Assembly: GCA_963725875.1 (NCBI GenBank)
Contig: CAVRZZ010000006.1
Span: forward strand, 313,847-377,846
Source of the DNA: an uncultured Chloroflexia bacterium
Lineage (GTDB): Bacteria; Chloroflexota; Limnocylindria; Limnocylindrales; CSP1-4
Reading direction: 5' to 3'
Length of the DNA: 64,000 nt
Shown here: positions 8,705 through 17,214 of the stretch, one piece after another
Position numbering within the stretch: position 1 is the first letter of the stretch
Layout of the letters: every line of letters begins with the position of its first letter
The notes under the pieces: generated by a model
The model's input: the letters and a program-made list of their open reading frames with translations, nothing else
The model's database searches: none
What the model was told of the DNA's origin: nothing
Program-made: the position numbers and the translations under genes

Positions 8705-9994
8705 CTACGGCGCGACCCGACGGCCGGCGAGGGCCGCCGGAGACGCGGCCGGACCGCCCACGCCGCGGTGCCGGCGCACCCAGAGCAGCGCGCCGATTCC
8801 GACCGCCACGGTCAGGGCGCCGCCCACGGCGAGCGCGGCGAGCGCACCCCAGCGCGAGGCGATCGCCCCCGCGAAGAGCGCGCCGATCGGCGTCGATCCG
8901 GCGAAGACCGTCGTATAGACGCTGAGGACCCGGCCCCGCAGGGCGTCCGGGACCGTCGCCTGGATGAGCGTGTTGCCGTTGGCGGCCATCCAGATCGCAC
9001 CGAAGCCGGCGAAGGCGAGCGCCGGGATCGCCACCGCGTACGAGGGCACGGCCGCCGTCGCGAGCAGCCCGAGTCCCAGCATCGCGGCGCCACCGGCGAT
9101 GGCCCAGGAGCTCGGGTGGCGCCGGGTGGCCAGGAGAAGCGCGGCGGCCACCGACCCGACGCCGCTGGCGGTCATGAGGAACCCGAACGACGCCGAGTTC
9201 CCACTCAGGACGTCGCGGGCAAACGGCGGGATCGTCACCTGGAAGTTCATGCCGATCGTCGCCGCGAGGCCGACGACCACGACGGGCAGCAGGACCGCCG
9301 GTGTCCAGCGCACGTACGTGATCCCCTCCCCGACCGACGTGACGACCTCCCGCACGGAGGTGGGCCGCGGGATGGGCGGCGGCGTTCGGAGCTCGTCGGC
9401 GCGCATCATGAGGAGCCCGGCGATCACGGCCAGGAAGCTGAAGCCGTTGATGAAGAACGCGACCGAGAGGTCGAAGACGGCGATCGTGACACCCGCGATG
9501 GCGGGGCCGACCACGCGGGCGGCGTTGAACGTCGCCGAGTTGAGGGCTACCGCGTTCACCACGTCCTCGCGGCCGACCATCTCCACGGCGAACGCCTGGC
9601 GGACCGGCATCTCGACAGCGTTCACGCAGCCGAGGAGCACCGCGAGGACCAGGATCATCCACACCTCGACCAGGCCGGTCAGGGTGAGGAGACCGAGCAC
9701 GATCGCCAGCGACGCCATCACGGCCTCGAGGGCAACCAGGGTCTGGCGCTTGGGAAGCGCGTCCGCGATGAGGCCGCCGAAGAGCCCGAGGACGAGGACG
9801 GGCGTCCACTGGGCCGCGGCTACCACCCCCAGCATCAGGGGATCGTCGGTAAGCGTGAGGATCAGCCAGGACTGCGCCACGGCCTGCATCCAGGAGCCGA
9901 CGAGCGAGATCGCCTGCCCGCCGAAGAACAGGCGGAAGTTGCGGTGCCGCATCGCCCGGAGCGCGCTGGCGCTGCCGAGCGACCGGATCGTCAT
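8705..9994 (-). CDS. MFS transporter (EntS/MacB-efflux-like MFS_3 group)
   Basis: About 12 TM segments; GGLIADALPKR motif A; LRGRVLS; ATGA overlap with merR. Confidence 0.9.
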   Translation of the reverse strand: MTIRSLGSASALRAMRHRNFRLFFGGQAISLVGSWMQAVAQSWLILTLTDDPLMLGVVAAAQWTPVLVLGLFGGLIADALPKRQTLVALEAVMASLAIVLGLLTLTGLVEVWMILVLAVLLGCVNAVEMPVRQAFAVEMVGREDVVNAVALNSATFNAARVVGPAIAGVTIAVFDLSVAFFINGFSFLAVIAGLLMMRADELRTPPPIPRPTSVREVVTSVGEGITYVRWTPAVLLPVVVVGLAATIGMNFQVTIPPFARDVLSGNSASFGFLMTASGVGSVAAALLLATRRHPSSWAIAGGAAMLGLGLLATAAVPSYAVAIPALAFAGFGAIWMAANGNTLIQATVPDALRGRVLSVYTTVFAGSTPIGALFAGAIASRWGALAALAVGGALTVAVGIGALLWVRRHRGVGGPAASPAALAGRRVAP

Positions 9995-10512
9995 GGCCCG
10001 GTCTCCGCGTGTGGGGCACCGGCGACGTGGGCCGGCGCACCGCCCTCGAGCTCGTTGAGGTGGGCCTGCAGGTGCTCGCGCCGCACCCCCGCAGCCTCGA
10101 TCATCTCCCGGAGCCGGTTCGCCTTCGCCGCCAGCGTGGAGACCTGGCGGTCCATGCGGTCGATGAGGTCCCGCAGGATCGCGCGCTTCTCGGCTTCGTC
10201 ACCGGCTGTCCGGAACCGCTCGCGGTCGCGGATGCGGGCTTCCTCGTCCTCGAGCAGGAGGGCGATCTCCGCGAGGCTGAAGCCGGCATCGTCGCGGAGC
10301 CCGCGGATGAACCCCAGGCGCTCGAGGTCGGACGCGTCGTACAGGCGATACGCGCCCTGCGAGCGGGCGGCCGGGCGCAACAGGCCGATCTCCTCGTAGT
10401 AGCGGATCGAGCGGGGCGTCAGGCCGGTCTCCGCCGCCACCTCCTGGATCCGGAGGAGCCGCGGCGGGCTCGGAGCCGAGGCTGACCCCGTCGAGGGTGG
10501 TGGGATGGCCAT
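9991..10512 (-). CDS. MerR-family transcriptional regulator
   Basis: LRIQEVAAETGLTPRSIRYYEEIGLL...YRLYDASDLERL...GFSLAEI. Confidence 0.92.
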   Translation of the reverse strand: MAIPPPSTGSASAPSPPRLLRIQEVAAETGLTPRSIRYYEEIGLLRPAARSQGAYRLYDASDLERLGFIRGLRDDAGFSLAEIALLLEDEEARIRDRERFRTAGDEAEKRAILRDLIDRMDRQVSTLAAKANRLREMIEAAGVRREHLQAHLNELEGGAPAHVAGAPHAETGP

Positions 10513-10528
10513 TCCCAGATCTTCCCAC

Positions 10529-10552
10529 AACCTTGACGTTCGCGTAAAGGTT
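10529..10552. promoter_or_regulatory. MerR-type dyad operator
   Basis: AACCTTGACG-TTCG-CGTAAAGGTT (10-bp arms, one mismatch) just upstream of the merR start. Confidence 0.75.
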
Positions 10553-10580
10553 ATGGTTGTCGGGTCCACGAGCAGCGACC

Positions 10581-10792
10581 CAGGTCGGGGGAGGCGAGCC
10601 GCTGCTCACCGACGCACGCCGGCTGCATGCGACGCTCGTTGCCGCGGGCGTCGAGGCGGAGCTCCAGGAGTACCCGCGCCGCTGGCACGTCTTCCAGCTG
10701 CATGCGGCCTGCTGACCGACGCCAACCGTGCCCTGGGCGCGGCGGGCGAGCTCATCCGGTCCCGCGCGCCGGCTGCGACGGCCACGCCGTAG
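10581..10792 (+). pseudogene. Frameshifted C-terminal remnant of an HSL-family alpha/beta hydrolase
   Basis: QVGGGEPLLTDARRLHATLVAAGVEAELQEYPRRWHVFQLHA, frameshift near 10707, then LLTDANRALGAAGELIR; no start or N-terminus. Confidence 0.7.
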
Positions 10793-11618
10793 GGCCGGCT
10801 TCGGCCGCCCGCGCCCGCCGCGCCCCGAGGGCCCCGCGCCAGGTCTCCATGGCCGCCGGCCACCACGCGTCGAGCTGGGCCTCCTGCCCGTACCACGGGT
10901 CGCGAACGCCGGGGCCGTGGACCGCGTCCTCCAGGACCAGGTGGCGCGCGCCGGGCAGCAGCGCCGACGCGACGGGCACGAGGCCGTCGCCGGCGACGAT
11001 CGGCTGGTCCGGCGCCGGGTGAACGTCCTCGTAGAGCCGGCGCATGAATCGGGAGCGTCCGTCCTCCGCCTCGTCGTGGCCCACGATGAAGCGGGAGGCA
11101 ACGGCCAGGTAGCCCGTGGTCGGGGCGAAGAACGCCCCCGGCACGTGGCGGTTCGCGAAACGAGCCCCCGCGTCGGCGACGCGGCTCCCCCAGCGGGCCT
11201 CGTCGCCCACGAGGTGCGGCGCCCCCAGCGTGACGAGCGCCCCGATGCGGCCGCGCGCGTTGAGGTCGCGGCCCTCGAACGGTACCGGCGAGGTGAGGAG
11301 CCGTCCCACGATCCCGCCGGCGCTGTGGCCGACGTAGAGGATTGGGGTGCCGCGGCTGGCGGGGTTGGCGCGGCTGAGCTCACCGGCCTCGAGGAGCGCC
11401 CGGCCGACGCGTGTCGTGACGGGCCCCAGGCCGCGCACGGTGCAGAGGACCCAGTCGGGAGGGTAGACCCGGGCAACGACGACGTCGGCAGCGCCGCGCG
11501 CTCGAAGGGCCGCTGCCATCGGCCGGTACCAGCCGGGTGTCGTCAGGAAGCCGCCGGCCACGAGGACGACCGGCGCGAGGTCGGCGGGGTCGGAGTCGAA
11601 CCCGGCGAGTCTGCTCAC
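10752..11618 (-). CDS. Alpha/beta hydrolase (lipase/PGAP1-like)
   Basis: GHSAGG nucleophile elbow, LVTLGAPH, GDGLVP, catalytic His region VHG. Confidence 0.85.
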   Translation of the reverse strand: MSRLAGFDSDPADLAPVVLVAGGFLTTPGWYRPMAAALRARGAADVVVARVYPPDWVLCTVRGLGPVTTRVGRALLEAGELSRANPASRGTPILYVGHSAGGIVGRLLTSPVPFEGRDLNARGRIGALVTLGAPHLVGDEARWGSRVADAGARFANRHVPGAFFAPTTGYLAVASRFIVGHDEAEDGRSRFMRRLYEDVHPAPDQPIVAGDGLVPVASALLPGARHLVLEDAVHGPGVRDPWYGQEAQLDAWWPAAMETWRGALGARRARAAEAGPTAWPSQPARGTG

Positions 11619-12895
11619 GCTGCCTCCTTCGCACCGCGCGGCTCCGGGGATGGGAGCGGCGGCGCCACGCCGGTCCCCGCCGGGCGCAGCTCACGAAGCT
11701 CGCGACCTCCGACCGCCAGGCCCGCAACGAGCGAGCCGACCATCGTGACGGCGAACGTGTAGAAGGGGAGGTGGGCGTCGACCGTGAAGAGGATCCCGGC
11801 GGTGATCGACGCAACGATCGTGCCGATCGTGCCCGCTGCCCCGAAGACACCCTGCGTCGTGGCCGAGCGGCCGGCCGGCGTCCCGCGGGCCACGACCGCG
11901 TAGAGCGCGGGCCCCAGGAGCGCGAACGAGACGCCCTCGAAGAAGACGACCGGCACGACGAGGAGCGGGTCCTGCAGCAGGGCGTACAGGACGCCCGCCA
12001 GCGCGGCGCCGAGGCTGCCGAGCACGATGAAGGGGACGGGGCCACGGCGATCGGCCCACTGGCCCGCGAGCGGCGAGACGACGATGACGCCGAGCCCGAA
12101 GGCGACGAACGTCAGGCCGATCAGCCCGAGGTCCGCGCCGAGCTCGGTCATCCACAGGCTCCAGATCACCTCGTAGGTGCCGGAGGCGAAGAAGCTGCCC
12201 ACGTTGATCACGATCGCCGCCAGCAGGAGGCGGTTCCAGAGCCTCGGCGGGGCGTCGGCGGCCGCGAGCGCGGCGGCCTCGTCCCCGGCGACGTGCACGG
12301 GTGCCGGGCGGCGGCCGACCGTCAGCCCGAGCACGATGGCCGCCCCAACCAGGGCCACGCTGCAGAAGACGAACGGGAAGACGTACCCGCCGCCGAGCGC
12401 GGCGCCGACAGCTCCGAACGCGGGCCCGAGGAGCAGGCCGCCCATCTGGGCCGAGCTGTACAGCCCGAAGGCGGCCCCCCGCTCCTCGGGGGGCGTCGCG
12501 TCGAGGATGTAGGCGCGGGCCGCCGGGTCGTAGGCGGCCGTGGTGAGGCCCGCCAGGGCGCGCGCGAGCAGGAAGGCGGGCGCCCCGGTAAAGACCAGCG
12601 GCAGCGGGACCACGACCGCGGTCGCCAGGAGTCCCGCGAGCATCAGCACGCGCTTGTCGCCGCGATCGCCGAGCCAGCCGAACAGCGGCTCCCCGAGCAG
12701 GCGGGCGGCCGGCCAGGCCGCCACGATCCAGCCCAGGGTCGCCGTGTCGATCCCCTGCTCGGTGATGTACAGCGGCAGCACCGGCAGGAGCGCGCCGAAA
12801 CCGAGCCAGAGGATCGCCTCGGCCACGAGGACGGGAAGGATCGGGAGCGTCCGGGCGAGCCGCCCGCGGACACCCCCGGCGCGGACCTCGGTCAT
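11615..12895 (-). CDS. MFS transporter (DHA1/TetA-like)
   Basis: GWLGDRGDKR and GQWADRRGP motifs, about 12 TM; TACGAT -10 box 7 nt before ATG 12895 (alternative start 12904). Confidence 0.88.
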   Translation of the reverse strand: MTEVRAGGVRGRLARTLPILPVLVAEAILWLGFGALLPVLPLYITEQGIDTATLGWIVAAWPAARLLGEPLFGWLGDRGDKRVLMLAGLLATAVVVPLPLVFTGAPAFLLARALAGLTTAAYDPAARAYILDATPPEERGAAFGLYSSAQMGGLLLGPAFGAVGAALGGGYVFPFVFCSVALVGAAIVLGLTVGRRPAPVHVAGDEAAALAAADAPPRLWNRLLLAAIVINVGSFFASGTYEVIWSLWMTELGADLGLIGLTFVAFGLGVIVVSPLAGQWADRRGPVPFIVLGSLGAALAGVLYALLQDPLLVVPVVFFEGVSFALLGPALYAVVARGTPAGRSATTQGVFGAAGTIGTIVASITAGILFTVDAHLPFYTFAVTMVGSLVAGLAVGGRELRELRPAGTGVAPPLPSPEPRGAKEAA

Positions 12896-13017
12896 CGCCG
12901 ACATCGTACCGGTCGCGGGCCGCCCACGGGATCGCGCGACCCGGCGCCCCCTCGCCCGGTCGCCGCGCCGCGACGCTGGCCGGAGCCCGGTGGGCCGCCT
13001 CCCTCGCGCCGCTGATC

Positions 13018-13296
13018 CTAGTAGACGATCTCGTCCGACTCGGGGATCGTGACGCTGTGGGCGTCCTTGGCGTCCCAGCCGACCTGGGCTGAGACGACCC
13101 AGTGGCCGAGGCCCGCCTGGTCGTTCATGTCGTGGACCGGGCCGGTCACGATGACGCGCGCGACCGACGAGCCGCCCCGGTCGTAGCGGACCTGCGTCTC
13201 GCGGTCCCCGTAGCGGTCGGTGCTGCGCACGGTCAGCTCGTCCCGGGTGCAGCCCATCAGGCCCGCCAGCCAGTCCCGCGCATCGAATGTCGCCAT
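13018..13296 (-). CDS. Hypothetical protein
   Basis: Clean 92-aa ORF with coding-like composition (MATFDARDWLAGL...EIVY). Confidence 0.6.
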   Translation of the reverse strand: MATFDARDWLAGLMGCTRDELTVRSTDRYGDRETQVRYDRGGSSVARVIVTGPVHDMNDQAGLGHWVVSAQVGWDAKDAHSVTIPESDEIVY

Positions 13297-13449
13297 GTTC
13301 GGCTCAGGGTACCTCAGCGGCGGTGCGGATCTCGCGCCCACGCGGCACGGGCGACGTCGGGGCAGGAGCCGGCTGCCAGTTCGGGATCCGGTCCCACGGC
13401 GGGCCGCCCGGCCCCGTCCCGCCGGACCGGGCCTCCGGGTGGACGCGGC

Positions 13450-14640
13450 TCACGGGGTGGTGGAGCGGCGCCCGGCCAGCCACGGGCGGCCGGCAGGGGG
13501 CAGCGACTGGGCCTGGATCCGCGCGCCGGCCACGACGCTCGCGAAGAGCTGCCGGTACTGGGTCCCCACGTTCGACCAGACCATCGCCCGGCTGTGCTCG
13601 TGGGCACGCCGGCCGACGGCGGCCCGGAGATCGTCGTTCTCCAGGAGGCCGATGATGGCGTCGGCCCAGGCGGCCGGAGAGACGCCCGGCACGACGAGGC
13701 CCCGATCGCCGTCGAGGAGCTCGACCGCATGGGCGTACGGGGTGGCCACGATCGCGCGCCCGGCGCCCATCGCGTACGACAGGGTTCCGGACACGACCTT
13801 CTCGAGGTTCGGGTATGGGGTCACGACGACGTCGGCGGCCTCGAGCCAGCGGGTGAGCTCGACCCGGCCAACGAAGCGGTCGACGAACCTCACGTGGCGC
13901 TCCATGCCGAGCCGTGCCACGCGGCCCTCGAGCGAACGGCGATACGCCTCGCCCTCGGTTGCCAGGAGGCTCGGGTGGGTGGCTCCCAGCACGACGTAGA
14001 GGGCAGCCGGACGGGCCGCGACGACCGCGGGGAGCGCGTCGAGGACGAGCTCGCACCCCTTGCCGGGCCCGAGCAGCCCGAAGCCCAGGATCACCTCACG
14101 GCCAGCCAGGTCGAGCGCCGGCTTGATCGTCGTGGGATCGACGAGCGGAAGATTGGGCACGCCGTGGGGGATGACCTCGACCGTGCCGGCGGGAACGCCG
14201 TACGTCCCGGCCAGGACGTGGGCAGCGGACCGCGACATGACGACGGTCGCGGCGGCGAGGCGGACGAGCTCGAGGAGCACCGCGCGCTGGTTCGGGGTCG
14301 GGTGCCGGAGCAGGGTGTGCAGGGTGACCACGGCCGGCGCATCAACGGCGCGCACGAAGTCGAGGACCGCCGCCCCGTCGTTGCCGCCCCAGATGCCGGG
14401 CTCGTGCTGGACCGCGACCACATCGGCGCAGCGGGCGAGGTCCCGGGCCGTCCGGGCGTAGTCGCCGGGCTCGTCGAACCGGATCCGGTGATGGACCTCG
14501 GGGGGGTAGAGGAGGTTGGGGCCGGGGCCGTGGAGGGCGACGATCTCGCGCTCGCCCATCGCGCTCGAGAGCGCCTGCGTGAACGTGGCGATGCCACAGT
14601 GGCGGGGCGGGTACGTGGAGGCGAAGATCGTGCGGACGAT
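13450..14640 (-). CDS. Glycosyltransferase family 4
   Basis: STYPPRHCGIATF, QHEPGIWGG, VIPHGVP, FGLLGPGKG, SGTLSYAMGAG; start codon apparently non-canonical (ATC 14640, see findings). Confidence 0.85.
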   Translation of the reverse strand: MVRTIFASTYPPRHCGIATFTQALSSAMGEREIVALHGPGPNLLYPPEVHHRIRFDEPGDYARTARDLARCADVVAVQHEPGIWGGNDGAAVLDFVRAVDAPAVVTLHTLLRHPTPNQRAVLLELVRLAAATVVMSRSAAHVLAGTYGVPAGTVEVIPHGVPNLPLVDPTTIKPALDLAGREVILGFGLLGPGKGCELVLDALPAVVAARPAALYVVLGATHPSLLATEGEAYRRSLEGRVARLGMERHVRFVDRFVGRVELTRWLEAADVVVTPYPNLEKVVSGTLSYAMGAGRAIVATPYAHAVELLDGDRGLVVPGVSPAAWADAIIGLLENDDLRAAVGRRAHEHSRAMVWSNVGTQYRQLFASVVAGARIQAQSLPPAGRPWLAGRRSTTP

Positions 14641-14774
14641 GACGTCGCTCCTTCCGGGGCGCCGGCAACGCCGGTGTCGCGACGGTGCGGGCCGCGTTGG
14701 CTCCGCGCGGCAGGGAGGCCGGCGTGTGCCAGGTGCGGGAGCGGCCCGTCCGGCTGGACGGGCCGCAGATCCGG

Positions 14775-14978
14775 CTAGGCGGAGCGCACGTGTGCGGCGC
14801 GAGGCCCCTTGGGGCTCTCCTCGATGTCGAACTCGACGCGCTCGCCGCCGGAGAGGCGGTCGAAGTCGAGCGACGTGTCCAGGCCGCCGCGATGGAAGAA
14901 GTATTCCTTCGCATCCTCGGCGACGATGAAGCCGAAGCCGCGATCGGCGACGACCTTCTTGATGGTACCGGTGGCCAC
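14775..14978 (-). CDS. Cold-shock domain protein
   Basis: TGTIKKVVADRGFGFI (RNP1), YFFH (RNP2), VEFDIEESPKGPRA; GGAGG SD before GTG 14978. Confidence 0.93.
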   Translation of the reverse strand: MATGTIKKVVADRGFGFIVAEDAKEYFFHRGGLDTSLDFDRLSGGERVEFDIEESPKGPRAAHVRSA

Positions 14979-15250
14979 GAGGGACCTCCACACTCTTCCC
15001 GAACAGGGAGGGCGGAACGCACGGTCCGTTCGAGAAGGGGGATCGACCACGCGACGCTTCGTCGCACGAGGCGGCGAGAGCTGAGCATAGCACGGATCCG
15101 GTCCATCCCCACTCAGGCCCGATCCGGGCCCCCACTCGGGCGGGGCGGGCCGTGGACTGGCGACGGCACGGCGCGGGCTCGGTGCGGCTCGGGCTCGGTG
15201 CGGGCTCGGCGCGCGCCATGGGCGGCGGCCGTGGGCAGCCGGCCCGGGGT

Positions 15251-15407
15251 GCGCGCGGCGATCCTGGCCGCCTGAGTAGACAGTCTGCTCAGGATCGGCG
15301 GGCAGGAACGTGCGACTCACCCCGAACCGGCACGTCGGCGTGACCCACGTGCTCACGGACCGCGTGAGCGAGCAGATAGTCTGCTCAGGCGAGGATCGGC
15401 GACGCGC
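15251..15407. repeat. Imperfect inverted-repeat element containing two copies of a palindrome
   Basis: CCTGAGTAGAC-A-GTCTGCTCAGG (15271-15293) and GAGCAGAT-A-GTCTGCTCAGG (15370-15389); about 30-bp outer arms imperfectly complementary. Confidence 0.6.
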
Positions 15408-15606
15408 GGCGGGAGTGGGGCCGGAGTGGGATGAGCACGTCCGACCCGGCATCCGGCGCCCGCCCCCGCTCGCCAGCGTGATCGCCTCGCTCGTCGGTGG
15501 AGGCCGACAACGCCACCGAGCAGGTGGCGCCGCCAGGTCCACCGGGCAAACGACAGATCCAGTGCCCGCCACGCTCACGGCCGAGCCCTATCATCGGCGT
15601 GAGTGT

Positions 15607-15775
15607 CACCCTGTCGGGTGTCCGGCGGCTTGGCTCGTATCCTCGCTGCCCGCCGACGGGTGTGGCATCCCATCGATCTGCCGGCCGCCGGACATGGATC
15701 GGACCGACCGGTGTGACTTCATAGGAGCGTGGCAACCGCCCCCACTCAGGCGTGTCCACCGGCCGGTCCGGAGTG
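15607..15775 (+). ncRNA. IS110 bridge RNA (target-binding and donor-binding loops)
   Basis: Stem 15619-15629/15684-15694 (11/11) encloses guides matching the flanks; stem 15700-15713/15757-15770 (13/14) encloses guides matching the element ends. Confidence 0.82.
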
Positions 15776-15803
15776 TCACCCCTGATCAGGAGGCGACGAG
15801 GAG

Positions 15804-16853
15804 ATGATCGTCATCGGCATCGATTCGCACAAGCGCACGCACACCGCGGTGGCCGCGGACGGCAACGGCCGCAAGGTCGCCGAGGTCACCCTCGCGGCGA
15901 CCGGCGAGGGCCACCTCGAGCTCGTCCGCTGGGCGTCCCGGTTCCCGGACCGCCGGTTCGCGCTCGAGGACACCCGGCACCTGTCCCGCCGCCTGTCGGC
16001 CGACCTGCTGCGGGCGGGCGAGGCCGTCACCTGGGTGCCGACCCGGCTGATGGCCGGCGCCCGCCGCCACGGCCGCGAGCAGGGCAAGAGCGATCCGATC
16101 GACGCCCTCGCCGTCGCCCGGGCCGCGCTCGCGAACCCTGACCTGCCGGTCGCCACGCTCGACGGCGAGGAGCGCGAGCTGCGCCTTCTCGTCGACCACC
16201 GCGAGGACCTCGTCGCCGAGCGGACCCGGGCGACCAACCGCCTCCGCTGGCACCTCCACGAGCTCGACCCCGGCAACGAGCCCGCTCCCCGCAGTCTCGA
16301 CCGGGCGGTCGTGCTCGACGCGCTCGAGGTGCGGCTGGCCGGCGTCCCGGGCACCGTGGCCCGGATCGCCCGCGAGCTCGTCGCCCGGATCCGCGATCTC
16401 ACCAAGGTCATCCGGGAGCTCGAGCGGGAGCTGGAGCGCCTCGTCGCCCTCGTCGCGCCGTCGCTGCTCGCCCTGCCCGGCTGCGGGCCGCTGTCGGCCG
16501 CCAAGCTCGTCGGCCAGGTCGCGGGCGCCGGCCGTTTCCGGTCGGCCGCCGCCTTCGCCCGCCACAACGGCTCGGCACCGCTGCCGGTCTGGTCGGGCAA
16601 CACCGAGCGCCACCGCCTGTCCCGCACGGGCGACCGCCAGGTCAACGTCGTCCTCCACCGGATCGCCATCACCCAGATGCGCCTGGGCGACCGGGGTCGT
16701 GCCTACTACGAGCACCGCCGCGCCGCCGGCGACAGCAAGACGGAGGCGATCCGGGCCCTCCGCCGGCGGATCAGCGACGAGGTCTACCGCCGGATGCGCC
16801 ACGATGAGCTCCTCCGGGCGACGGCGCGGGCACCGCTCGCGACCGCCGCTTGA
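15804..16853 (+). CDS. IS110-family transposase/bridge recombinase
   Basis: RuvC-like DEDD (GIDSHK, ALED, KSDPID), LPGCGPLSAAKLVG, RFRSAAAFARHNGSAP, catalytic-Ser region WSG, EAIRALRRR; SD GAGGAG. Confidence 0.96.
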   Translation: MIVIGIDSHKRTHTAVAADGNGRKVAEVTLAATGEGHLELVRWASRFPDRRFALEDTRHLSRRLSADLLRAGEAVTWVPTRLMAGARRHGREQGKSDPIDALAVARAALANPDLPVATLDGEERELRLLVDHREDLVAERTRATNRLRWHLHELDPGNEPAPRSLDRAVVLDALEVRLAGVPGTVARIARELVARIRDLTKVIRELERELERLVALVAPSLLALPGCGPLSAAKLVGQVAGAGRFRSAAAFARHNGSAPLPVWSGNTERHRLSRTGDRQVNVVLHRIAITQMRLGDRGRAYYEHRRAAGDSKTEAIRALRRRISDEVYRRMRHDELLRATARAPLATAA

Positions 16854-16866
16854 CATAGGAGCATCG

Positions 16867-17214
16867 ATGGGAATCCCCGCACCGTGGCTGATCGGCCTCG
16901 TCCTCGTCTGCTTCGTCCTGGCCGCCATCCCGACCCGCCGGCTGGCCGACGCGGGGATCCGGCCGTCGTGGCTCGCGATCTACCTGCTCCTGCTCGTGGC
17001 GATGGGTGTCGCCGTGGTCGCGGCGCGGGGGGCCGGGCGGTACCTGGTCCCGCTTGTTGTCGTGCTCTACGTTGCGCCCCTGGTCGTCGCGCCGGAGACG
17101 ACCGCACGCTGGCTCCTCCGGGGCCGGCGGCCGCCGAAGCACGTCGGCTCGGGGCCCGGGCGTGACGTCGGCTCGGGCCGCGACGTGGGCCCGGACGACC
17201 ACCCCGCGCCGTGA
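16867..17214 (+). CDS. Small membrane protein
   Basis: Three hydrophobic segments from ATG 16867, immediately after the IS right end; GTGA overlap with next gene. Confidence 0.75.
   Translation: MGIPAPWLIGLVLVCFVLAAIPTRRLADAGIRPSWLAIYLLLLVAMGVAVVAARGAGRYLVPLVVVLYVAPLVVAPETTARWLLRGRRPPKHVGSGPGRDVGSGRDVGPDDHPAP

Larger units (their letters stand above)
15597..16866 (+). mobile_element. IS110-family insertion sequence (no terminal IRs; 2-5 nt core microhomology at ends)
   Basis: DEDD recombinase gene, about 205-bp structured left end, short right end TTGACATAGGAGCATCG; ends inferred from guide matches, exact core ambiguous (GC, CG or CATCG). Confidence 0.85.

Noticed and set aside
13450-15219. 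589-aa extended GT4 and 267-aa extended Csp ORFs from the track
   Set aside because: The N-terminal extensions are low-complexity read-through of other frames; SD positions support the shorter genes.
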